This document shows, in pieces, positions 7,275 through 14,973 of a stretch of 17,647 bases of DNA (its first letter is position 1; each line of letters starts with the position of its first letter). The stretch is from Abditibacteriaceae bacterium (lineage in GTDB: Bacteria; Armatimonadota; Abditibacteriia; Abditibacteriales; Abditibacteriaceae). The notes beneath the pieces are model-generated. The model made no database searches. It saw only the letters and a list, made by a program, of their open reading frames with translations, and was not told where the DNA came from. The translations under genes and the position numbers were made by a program. The stretch lies in NCBI GenBank assembly GCA_031372065.1, contig JANMKN010000379.1, forward strand, positions 1-17,647, written 5' to 3'.

Positions 7275-8405
7275 ATGGCGGGTGATTTGCGCCCGCAAAA
7301 CGACATGAAATCTCAAGACCTCGCGCAACTGCAAGCGCACAAAGAGTATCCCTCAGTCTCGATTCTGCTGCCGGTTTATGCCGATTCTCCCGACAGCCGC
7401 CAACAAACCCCGATTCGCGCAAAAAATTTAGTTCGTCAGGCACAGGAACGCCTGCACGCCGAATTTTCTGACCGCGATCTCGAACCTTTGCACACCCGAT
7501 TGCGCGAACTGCTGCTGCAAGTGGACAGCGGCGAAGCCGGGCACGGCTTGGCCTTGTTTGCCAGTCCCAATTTTTCGCGTTTGATTCATCTGCCGTTTCC
7601 CGTTCAAGAGCGTATGTCGGTGAATCACGGCTTTTTCACGCGCGATTTAGTGGTTGCCACCAAGCAAAGCCAGCGTTATTTTGTGTTGTCACTAACCGAA
7701 AAAAATGCTTGCCTTTACGAAGGTTTGCGCGATCATCTGCGCGAAATTGAAACGCACGATTTTCCTGTGTCCCGCGCGATTGCAGGCGTCGAAACCGAAC
7801 TGTCCGGCAGCTATGGCGTTGAACCGACAGCACAGCACGACGGCGAAGAACGCGAGTATTTCAGCCGCGTGCAACACGGGTTAGAGTCCATCTTGGCGCA
7901 GAAAACGTTGCCCTTGGCACTGACAGGCACGACCCGCACTTTGGCTTATTTCGATGAAGCCACACAACACAAAGGCAAGCCGAAATTTGAAGCCATCGCG
8001 CGCTTAAGCGGCAACTACGAAAAATTGCCGCGCCACGAACTGGCTCATAAAATCTGGCCTTTGGTCGAAGAAGGCATGAAAGCCCGTCTGACTCGTGTCA
8101 AAGAGCGTTTGGACGCCGCGACGCCGAATGGGCACAGAGCGACCAGTTTGCGCTACGTTTGGCGCGCGGCGCATGAAGGTCGCGTAGACACACTGTTGGT
8201 AGAAGAAGATTATTTTCAGCCAGCGCGCATTCAGAATAACACGCTGCACTTTGTGGCGGATGGCGCTCGCGATGGTCATGGTGCCCCCGAAGACGCCGTA
8301 GACGACACCATCAGCACAGTCATGAAGGCCGGTGGCAATGTTTATTTTTATGCGCCCGGCGAACTGCACGACTGCGAACGCATCGGCGCCATTCTGCGCT
8401 ACTGA
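7275..8405 (+). CDS. Bacterial archaeo-eukaryotic release factor family 3 (baeRF3)-like protein, candidate Balon-type ribosome hibernation factor (376 aa)
   Basis: Motifs PSVSILLP, IRAKNLVRQA, GLALFASP, LPFPVQER, FFTRDL, YFVLSL, LYEG and eRF1/pelota domain-3-like 'AAHEGRVDTLLVE...DAVDD...GGNV...IGAILRY'; AAAGGA RBS; no GGQ. Confidence 0.85.
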   Translation: MAGDLRPQNDMKSQDLAQLQAHKEYPSVSILLPVYADSPDSRQQTPIRAKNLVRQAQERLHAEFSDRDLEPLHTRLRELLLQVDSGEAGHGLALFASPNFSRLIHLPFPVQERMSVNHGFFTRDLVVATKQSQRYFVLSLTEKNACLYEGLRDHLREIETHDFPVSRAIAGVETELSGSYGVEPTAQHDGEEREYFSRVQHGLESILAQKTLPLALTGTTRTLAYFDEATQHKGKPKFEAIARLSGNYEKLPRHELAHKIWPLVEEGMKARLTRVKERLDAATPNGHRATSLRYVWRAAHEGRVDTLLVEEDYFQPARIQNNTLHFVADGARDGHGAPEDAVDDTISTVMKAGGNVYFYAPGELHDCERIGAILRY

Positions 8406-8407
8406 GA

Positions 8408-8457
8408 GCAAGATAGGGAGAAGGGGAGACACGGAGACACGGTATGTGCCGTGTCTC
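8408..8457. terminator. Octamer-repeat hairpin between convergent genes (possible terminator)
   Basis: 8-nt period GGGAGAAG/GGGAGACA/CGGAGACA; stem GAGACACGG (8434-8442) pairs with CCGTGTCTC (8449-8457); no U tract. Confidence 0.55.
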
Positions 8458-10156
8458 AGTTGGCTTTCGATTGCGCGGCACTTAGAACTTGTTTTGCCTG
8501 ATGCATCCATTCGCTGTGCGGATAGCGGCTGATGAACCATTCGAGCAGTTGCACGGCGTGGGCGGGATTGTCGAGTTTTTCGAGGTGCAAACGGGCCAAT
8601 CGCAAAGTCGCAATTTCGCTTTCGGGCGCGTCGGGAAAAGCGTAGGGAATTTTATTTAAATTTTCGGCGGCCTTTTCAAAATCGCCGCGCGAGGACAGAT
8701 GACTGGCAATGGTCAACTGTCGTGCGGGCGGCATCACGAACAAAGGAAACCATTCCAAAGCGTCCAAATAAACGCGCGCGGCGGCATCGCGGTCATTATC
8801 GGACAGGTAGCTTGAAACGGCTTGTTCATAATTTTCGAGTGCCGCTTCTTTGTTGTTCTGGCGCGCATAGGCTTCGCCTTGCACTTCATGCGCTTGCGCT
8901 TTCATAGACGGCACAGCATTTTGCGTCGCTTTTTTGTCGTTTGATAAAATTTTCTGCGAACGCACTAACGCATCGGCAGCATCGCCTTGCGAAATCGCTT
9001 TTTGCGCATCGTCTAACATATATTCCGCTGCGCCATCGTCGCGCGCGCCGATAGCGAACGCATAAAGCGCGCCAAATAAAAAACCGCCGATATGCGCCCA
9101 ATGCGCCACACCGCCGCCTACACCACCAGCAAGTTGCTGCAACGCCGGGCTAAGATCGAAATATAAGAGCCAAAAAACCATCGCAATGGCTGCTGGGATT
9201 TTAAATCCTCCAAAAGTCCACTCGCGGTAATAATAAGCGAGGTAGAAAATACCCCCGATAATAATAAAAAATCCCAGCAAGCCCACCACCGCCCCGATGC
9301 TTCCTAAAAGGAGATACAGCAAGAAAGATAAAACTGCAAATACGGGTTTCAATTGCTGGAGTAAAAAGATAAAAATGAAAGCCAGCAGAAGAAAAGGGCT
9401 GATATAAACTTTGGTGCGGTAAAAGCGAATCGTAAACAACCCCATTAACCCGGCAATCGCGCCGCTGGCGCCCATTAAAGGCACGCCAGCCGAATCGGGC
9501 GAAAACTGCATCGTAATAATATGAAATAAAACGGTCGCCGCTACGCCCGCGACCATATAGGCGATTGTATAAATCAAACCACCCAAAGCGTCCTCCAAAG
9601 CGCGGCCAAAAACCCAAAGAAACAGCATATTGCCGAGCAAATGCTCTACGCTGCCATGCAGAAACATGGAGCCGAAAATGCCGATTAAGCGCAGGAACCA
9701 CGATTGTTCGCTGGGGCGATAAGCGAACAAATTCGTGACCGTATAATGCGGCTCCATAACGTAAGTGCTACTCAGATTTTCAATTTGCCAATGCCGCTTG
9801 TAGCCTTCTTTGTCGCCCGCATTAATCAAGGTTAAATACGAAGCCAACTGCCGTTTTTGTTGTTCGTCCATGTCTTTGATGGCCTGATCCAATTCGTCAT
9901 CGCTGGGATCGCTGGTGGGCATGGACATATCGTGATGGCGCGCGAAATCAATGAACTCACGAAACTGTTTTCGCAGTTCTTGAGGATTATCCAAAAGCAC
10001 CTTCACGTTTTGCTCGCCCTGCATACGATCTATGCCAAGATAAAAGTTGGCAACAAGAATGGTGAGCAGAAAAATGAAAGTATTCAGCGCCATCAGGCCA
10101 TAAGTCACCCAAGGCGTGCGCCGCGCCCGGCGATCAACGTTGTAAATGAGGAGCAT
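8456..10156 (-). CDS. Rhomboid-family intramembrane serine protease with C-terminal TPR region (566 aa)
   Basis: TPWVTYGL, SMFLHG-x-x-EHLLGNMLFLWVFG, catalytic GASGAIAG and VAHWAHIGG; helical TPR-like C-terminus (AQAHEVQGEAY, FISRYPHS). Confidence 0.95.
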   Translation of the reverse strand: MLLIYNVDRRARRTPWVTYGLMALNTFIFLLTILVANFYLGIDRMQGEQNVKVLLDNPQELRKQFREFIDFARHHDMSMPTSDPSDDELDQAIKDMDEQQKRQLASYLTLINAGDKEGYKRHWQIENLSSTYVMEPHYTVTNLFAYRPSEQSWFLRLIGIFGSMFLHGSVEHLLGNMLFLWVFGRALEDALGGLIYTIAYMVAGVAATVLFHIITMQFSPDSAGVPLMGASGAIAGLMGLFTIRFYRTKVYISPFLLLAFIFIFLLQQLKPVFAVLSFLLYLLLGSIGAVVGLLGFFIIIGGIFYLAYYYREWTFGGFKIPAAIAMVFWLLYFDLSPALQQLAGGVGGGVAHWAHIGGFLFGALYAFAIGARDDGAAEYMLDDAQKAISQGDAADALVRSQKILSNDKKATQNAVPSMKAQAHEVQGEAYARQNNKEAALENYEQAVSSYLSDNDRDAAARVYLDALEWFPLFVMPPARQLTIASHLSSRGDFEKAAENLNKIPYAFPDAPESEIATLRLARLHLEKLDNPAHAVQLLEWFISRYPHSEWMHQAKQVLSAAQSKAN

Positions 10157-10161
10157 GGCCG

Positions 10162-10168
10162 TAAAATA
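10162..10168. promoter_or_regulatory. Overlapping divergent -10-like hexamers (likely leaderless transcripts)
   Basis: TAAAAT on + (10162-10167, 9 nt before the Nudix ATG) and TATTTT on - (10163-10168, 6 nt before the rhomboid ATG) in a 20-bp gap with no RBS. Confidence 0.5.
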
Positions 10169-10176
10169 AGAACGTT

Positions 10177-10599
10177 ATGGGCAAAGAAAACCACGAAAAA
10201 CCGCATTATCATATCGCCATTTTGTTATTATGGCGTGATGGAAAGATTTTATCATCAAAACGGCTCGCTGAGGCAGAACATTTAGCCACATTTTGGGAAT
10301 TTCCCGGTGGCAAATGTGCGCCCGATGAAACGCCGTCTGCTGCTGCCATCCGCGAAGCGCGTGAAGAATTGGGCGTCGAAATCGAAATCACGAACGTGCG
10401 TTCGCTGCTGGAATTCGATTATCCAACGCGCCGCGTAACGTTGCACCCTTTCGATGCCGGCATCACACAAGGCGAACCACAACCTTTAGCTTCTTCAGCC
10501 CTGCGTTGGCTGTTGCCCGCCGAATTGCGCGACGACGAATTCCCGCCCGCCAACGCGCCGCTTTTGCAGGAGTTGAAAGTGATAACTGATGGGTTTTGA
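10177..10599 (+). CDS. mutT: Nudix hydrolase, MutT-like (8-oxo-dGTP diphosphatase) (140 aa)
   Basis: WEFPGGK plus Nudix box G-x5-E-x7-RE-A-x-EE-x-G; FDYP..RVTL and FPPAN typical of MutT/NudG. Confidence 0.85.
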   Translation: MGKENHEKPHYHIAILLLWRDGKILSSKRLAEAEHLATFWEFPGGKCAPDETPSAAAIREAREELGVEIEITNVRSLLEFDYPTRRVTLHPFDAGITQGEPQPLASSALRWLLPAELRDDEFPPANAPLLQELKVITDGF

Positions 10600-10677
10600 G
10601 TTAATTTTGCGCGCTTCTTTAATTAAAAGGCGCGAAGCGTCACCACTTCAACTCAAAACTCTCAACTTCAAAATCAC
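10571..10677. repeat. Degenerate heptamer tandem repeats in inverted arrangement between convergent genes
   Basis: Left AGTTGAA/AGTGATA/ACTGATG/GGTTTTG/AGTTAAT; right AACTCAA/AACTCTC/AACTTCA/AAATCAC; perfect 10-bp arms GTTTTGAGTT (10593-10602) and AACTCAAAAC (10650-10659), inner stem CGCTTC...GAAGCG. Confidence 0.7.
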
Positions 10678-12593
10678 CGCGTCCGAATCCACACTTGCAT
10701 TTGTCCCGCTGTGCGATTGGCCCAAGCATAATAGGGAATGGCGATCATCTCGACGTGTTGCGGGGCGCATTTACGCGGACGCGAATGTTGATTGAAATAC
10801 AGCATATCGTTGTAATCGGTGTCCAACGGGCAACATTCCAGCGATGAGGTCAAAACCGTAACGCCACCGAGCAAAAAAGGCCGGTCATCGCATTCAACGC
10901 GGGCGCGATTGGATAAAACAAAGTCGCGCAAATCGTAGCCGCGATGATCGGCCCCTTCGAGGCAATAAACCAACGGCCCTCGCATTAACGCGACGCGCGT
11001 ATTTGTGCCGGCCACATAAGGATGAGCTTCCGTGCGGCGCACCGGCATCGAAAATGAAAGGCTGACGACATCACCCTGCTCCCAAACACGGCGTAAAGAC
11101 AAATAATTAACGCCACCCGTTTTCGGCTTGGAGACATCGGCACTTTTGCCGTTGATTTTGGGCTTATGAAAACTGCTGCACCACGCTGGCGCCCGCAAAA
11201 AGAGCGTCCACTCACAGTCGGCGGGCACACCGTCCAAAGCACTGATTTCAATTTCAATATCGCCATCAAACGGATATTTTGTGCGCTGTTTCAATTCCAC
11301 CGTGCCGCCGCTCGGCAAAGTGATGCGCGCTGTGCTTTGCGCATAAAAATTTGTCCAGATGCCTTCGTCCGACACCGCGTAAAAATAGCCCGGCAGCTGC
11401 GCCAAAAGCCGCGCAATGTTCGGCGGGCAGCAGGCGCAGCCAAACCACGGTTCACGGCGGTGCGTGCCATCATCAAAGAGCGGATTTTGATAAAAATAAC
11501 TTTCCCCATCCAAAGAAATGCCCGACATCACGCCGTTATATAATGCCAATTCCATAACGTCGGCAAAGTGCGCGTCGGCTTCAAGGAGCAACATCCGCCA
11601 GTTCCACATCACGCTGCCAATGGCTGCGCAGGTTTCGGTGTAAGCGCGTTCGTTGGGCAATTCAAAATCGCGCCCGAACGCCTCACCTTCATAGCGGCTA
11701 CCGATGCCGCCCGTAATATACATTTGCCGGTGAACCATGTTTTGCCACAAGCGATGCAGCGCGGCGCGCATCGTTTCATCGCCGTTTTCGGTCACTAAAT
11801 CAGCGCCGCCCGCGCAAAAATAAACATGGCGCACAGCGTGGCCCGTCATGCGTTTTTGCTCGCGGAGCGGCTCGTGATCTTGATGATAATTGCTGCCGCC
11901 AATCGTGCCGCGTCCGCGCACTTCGATGAAGAACTGCGCTTGTTTCAAATAACGCTCGTCGCCTGTGGCACGATACAATTCGACGAGTGCCATTTCGATT
12001 TCTTCGTGCCCGTCGGTTTCTTCCCTTTTGTTTTGCGATTTCGGCCCGAACGTCGCGCAAATGCAATTGGCAAAGCGCCGCGCCACCGTGAGCAATTTTT
12101 CGCTGTCCGTGGCCCGATAATGCGCGACGGCGGCTTGAATCAAGTGCCCGGCGCAATAAAGTTCGTGCTTATCTTTGAGATTACTCCACCGCTCGGCGGC
12201 GTTTTCAAACATGAAGTAAGTGTTCAAATAGCCGTCGGCCTGCTGCGCGTCGGCGATAAGTTCGATAGCTTCGTCCACCATCGCCTGTAATGCTTTATTG
12301 GGGCCGCAGGCCAACTCCCACGCGGCGGCTTCGAGCCATTTGTAGACATCGCTGTCGTTAAAATAAATGCCTTCAAATGGCCCATCGAAAGTCCCGGCAA
12401 CGCGCCGAAAATTGTTCAGGCGTCCAGTGGTTTCGAGATGTTTATATTGCGACGGCAAAGTTTTTTCGCGATTGATAATGCGGCGCGGTTCCCAGAATTT
12501 GTCGGTGAGCGTAACGGCATCAACTGGAACCGGATGCAAGCGCGCCTGCGGGCTTTTGGCGGTATCAACAACGACGGCGGATGGTTTGGACAT
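10674..12593 (-). CDS. Glycoside hydrolase family 127 (beta-L-arabinofuranosidase HypBA1-like, DUF1680) (639 aa)
   Basis: DSDVYKWLEA, HELYCAGH, GHEEIE, GHAVR, YTETCAAIG, CACCPPN (Zn/catalytic Cys cluster), RGPLVYC, IPYYAWANR; GGAG RBS; no signal peptide. Confidence 0.96.
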   Translation of the reverse strand: MSKPSAVVVDTAKSPQARLHPVPVDAVTLTDKFWEPRRIINREKTLPSQYKHLETTGRLNNFRRVAGTFDGPFEGIYFNDSDVYKWLEAAAWELACGPNKALQAMVDEAIELIADAQQADGYLNTYFMFENAAERWSNLKDKHELYCAGHLIQAAVAHYRATDSEKLLTVARRFANCICATFGPKSQNKREETDGHEEIEMALVELYRATGDERYLKQAQFFIEVRGRGTIGGSNYHQDHEPLREQKRMTGHAVRHVYFCAGGADLVTENGDETMRAALHRLWQNMVHRQMYITGGIGSRYEGEAFGRDFELPNERAYTETCAAIGSVMWNWRMLLLEADAHFADVMELALYNGVMSGISLDGESYFYQNPLFDDGTHRREPWFGCACCPPNIARLLAQLPGYFYAVSDEGIWTNFYAQSTARITLPSGGTVELKQRTKYPFDGDIEIEISALDGVPADCEWTLFLRAPAWCSSFHKPKINGKSADVSKPKTGGVNYLSLRRVWEQGDVVSLSFSMPVRRTEAHPYVAGTNTRVALMRGPLVYCLEGADHRGYDLRDFVLSNRARVECDDRPFLLGGVTVLTSSLECCPLDTDYNDMLYFNQHSRPRKCAPQHVEMIAIPYYAWANRTAGQMQVWIRTR

Positions 12594-12628
12594 GAGGATT
12601 CTCCAGAGAAAATGCGTGTAGTCGCAGT

Positions 12629-13408
12629 TTAACGCCCCGCAAAAACCTTTTCGCAGACTTGCAACACTTCGCCCAAGTTTTCGCGGTGCAGCAGGCGCAC
12701 ATGAGGATCAACAACGGGCGGGATTTTATAGTTCAAATTCACTTCAAAACGCGAACCCACTGGGCCAAGCGTGACTCCCAAGGCGCTGCGTTTTGTGACC
12801 AAGCAATCGTGCGCGTGATAGCCCAGTGGATCGCAGTAATCGGCGGCCAAAAAGTGATAATTTGGGCGTGCGGCACGGTCTTTTTTGTTGCGATTCAGGT
12901 TTTGCAAGCGCCGGCTGTAAGGTGAAATCGAAAGCGAACCGGCTTCGGCAAAGGGCAGCCAAGGCACAAACCCTAAATGCGGCGAGCCGAGCGCAAATAA
13001 AGCGCGGCAGGGAAAACCGTAAGCCACCATCTGACGGCAAATGATGCCGCCCATGCTATGCCCGACTAAAACTACATCTTGAAAATTCTGCCCCGATGCG
13101 TTGAGCGCACCAATGATTTCGCGGGCCGAACGCGTAAATGGTTTCCAATGCGTGTCGTATTCGATCTGCCAGAAATGCCATTGGTCAGCACCGGGCACGT
13201 TGCGCAGCGAACGCTGAACGCCATTCAAAAAATCCGGCAGGCAATTGTGACCGTGAATCAAAACCACATGGCGAGGGCATTCGGCAGTCAGTGATTTTCC
13301 ATCGTTTTGCCAATAGGCGCTGGCCGTTTTGGGTCGCCCGATGCGCCAGCCGGCGCGCAACCACACGCGCGGCGTCACGGCTCCAAGAACGTAATCATTA
13401 AGTTTCAC
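12629..13408 (-). CDS. Alpha/beta-hydrolase, lipase/PGAP1-like (259 aa)
   Basis: VVLIHG, nucleophile elbow GHSMGG, LGSPHLG, D (HDCLV) and H (DPHV) triad candidates; GTG start. Confidence 0.88.
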   Translation of the reverse strand: MKLNDYVLGAVTPRVWLRAGWRIGRPKTASAYWQNDGKSLTAECPRHVVLIHGHNCLPDFLNGVQRSLRNVPGADQWHFWQIEYDTHWKPFTRSAREIIGALNASGQNFQDVVLVGHSMGGIICRQMVAYGFPCRALFALGSPHLGFVPWLPFAEAGSLSISPYSRRLQNLNRNKKDRAARPNYHFLAADYCDPLGYHAHDCLVTKRSALGVTLGPVGSRFEVNLNYKIPPVVDPHVRLLHRENLGEVLQVCEKVFAGR

Positions 13409-13421
13409 AATCGAATTATTT

Positions 13422-14069
13422 TCAAAATTTACCTTGCGCCAAAGCCTTCACATCCAACTTCGTCGAAACCGAAATGTCGGCGCGCAAAACTTTTTTCATT
13501 TGCTCTAAAGCGTGCTTATTGTCGGCGATGGAATTGGAGGCGCAGCAATCGCGCGGCACCAACAAACGAAAATCGCGCATATATGCATCGTTGGCGGTGA
13601 ACAGCACGCAAATGTTGCCCACCAATCCCACAATTATCAGCGCCCGCGCCTCCAAGTAACTTAACAAAAGATCAAGCGTTGTCGAATAAAAGCCGGAGTG
13701 TTTTGGCTTGAGCACAAAATAATCATCGTCTTCCGGCGCGAGCATTTGCGCCAACGGTGCGCCGCAAACGTTATCGTCCAAACAATGCGTGACGACGCTG
13801 CGAAAATCAGACTGCCAGATGCCGAAATTATCGTTGACATAAATACAAGGCATACCAGCGGCTTTGGCGCGTTTTTTTAGTTTCTGAATGGCGCGGGCCA
13901 TCTTCAATGCTTGCGGCAAAACAGCGCGGCCTTCGGGGAATTCCAAGTCGTTAATGACATCAATCAAAAGCAGCGCTGTGGGCACATTATGCGCCACATT
14001 ACCGTGCAAATCAGCGTTAATACGCTCTTCGAGAACAGCGGGTGATTTCTTTTTGGGGCGAGAAGGCAT
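13422..14069 (-). CDS. Isochorismatase-family cysteine hydrolase (215 aa)
   Basis: Start revised to ATG 14069 (MPSRPKKK); triad motifs LLLIDVIND (Asp), KPKHSGFY (Lys), GLVGNICV (Cys), TANDAYMRD. Confidence 0.93.
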   Translation of the reverse strand: MPSRPKKKSPAVLEERINADLHGNVAHNVPTALLLIDVINDLEFPEGRAVLPQALKMARAIQKLKKRAKAAGMPCIYVNDNFGIWQSDFRSVVTHCLDDNVCGAPLAQMLAPEDDDYFVLKPKHSGFYSTTLDLLLSYLEARALIIVGLVGNICVLFTANDAYMRDFRLLVPRDCCASNSIADNKHALEQMKKVLRADISVSTKLDVKALAQGKF

Positions 14070-14081
14070 AGAGATGCCAGC

Positions 14082-14109
14082 AGCAAAAAGCAAACCGCAA
14101 AAAGCGAAC
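14082..14109. repeat. Heptamer tandem repeat (4 copies), intergenic
   Basis: AGCAAAA-AGCAAAC-CGCAAAA-AGCGAAC between the membrane-protein stop (14119) and the isochorismatase start (14069). Confidence 0.7.
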
Positions 14110-14118
14110 TGGGCGGCG

Positions 14119-14385
14119 TTATTTTTTCGGGTTGCGGCCCAGCCATTTTGCCAACACGCCGCTCGCCACCAAAACCGCCACGATAAAAAGCCACGCTTTT
14201 GGGTCGCGCACCGCACTATAACCAAAGCGCGTGCCCTCAATTTGGCCAACGCGGCGCGCATAATTCAGCAGCAACACGCAAACCAGTGGAAAGAACACCA
14301 TGCAGCCGACCAACCACGCCACAAGGCGCGGGCCGGGAATGCCTTTCTCATTAATTTTGGGTTTGTCCAATTTTTCTTGCGTCAT
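14119..14385 (-). CDS. Small hypothetical membrane protein, 2 TM (88 aa)
   Basis: AGGA RBS; 16 bp after the sixA stop; two hydrophobic segments (LVAWLVGCMVFFPLVCVLLL, AWLFIVAVLVASGVLAKWL) with basic termini. Confidence 0.75.
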   Translation of the reverse strand: MTQEKLDKPKINEKGIPGPRLVAWLVGCMVFFPLVCVLLLNYARRVGQIEGTRFGYSAVRDPKAWLFIVAVLVASGVLAKWLGRNPKK

Positions 14386-14401
14386 GATTTTTCCTGCGAA
14401 T

Positions 14402-14875
14402 TTATTCGCCGCTTTTGACCTTGCGCGCTGAAATTTTCGGTGACACCAGCCAAATTAAACGCGCTTGGTCACTCCCTTCGAAATCAATTCGCGCTAATCC
14501 GGCTTTGCTCATTTTCACGCGGGCGCCGGTGAAATGGCGAACGATTTCGCTCAAATCGGGTTCGTGTCCGACTATCATTAAATCGTCGTTTTGGCTTTTC
14601 AAAAGCGATTTTATCGCGTGCGGCGTGGCGCCGGGCGATAGTTTTGCTTCGCTGTGTAATTCGCTGCCGATTTGCCGGTGAACAATCTGCGCTGTTTGCG
14701 CGGCGCGCGGCAGAGGGCTGGCGAAAATTGTGGCTGGCGCCACGCCGATTTGCTTGAAAAATTTCGCGGCGCGGCGCAATTCTTTTTTGCCGTTTTCGGT
14801 CAAAGGGCGCAAATCGTCATCGTCATTCCAATCGGGCCAATCGGCGGCGCCGTGTCGTAAAAAGTAGAGTTTCAT
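14402..14875 (-). CDS. sixA: Phosphohistidine phosphatase SixA (157 aa)
   Basis: Start revised to ATG 14875: MKLYFLRHG, RPLT..G, SPLPRAAQTA, MIVGHEP. Confidence 0.92.
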   Translation of the reverse strand: MKLYFLRHGAADWPDWNDDDDLRPLTENGKKELRRAAKFFKQIGVAPATIFASPLPRAAQTAQIVHRQIGSELHSEAKLSPGATPHAIKSLLKSQNDDLMIVGHEPDLSEIVRHFTGARVKMSKAGLARIDFEGSDQARLIWLVSPKISARKVKSGE

Positions 14876-14882
14876 GCTGTGA

Positions 14883-14927
14883 ATTATAGCGCGACTTAAC
14901 AACGCGATACGCCAATCGCGTTATGCT
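14883..14927. promoter_or_regulatory. Divergent sixA/ppk1 promoter region with a central palindrome
   Basis: TATAAT on - (14883-14888) 7 nt before the sixA ATG; TATGCT on + (14922-14927); AACGCGAT-N6-ATCGCGTT inverted repeat at 14901-14922. Confidence 0.55.
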
Positions 14928-14973
14928 AAAAGAATAGTTTTTCGTCGTGGACAAAAACTTTTCAGGAACTTTT

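Noticed and set aside
14070..14261. N-terminal extension of the isochorismatase ORF
   Set aside because: Overlaps the membrane-protein gene and runs through the heptamer array; family similarity begins after ATG 14069.
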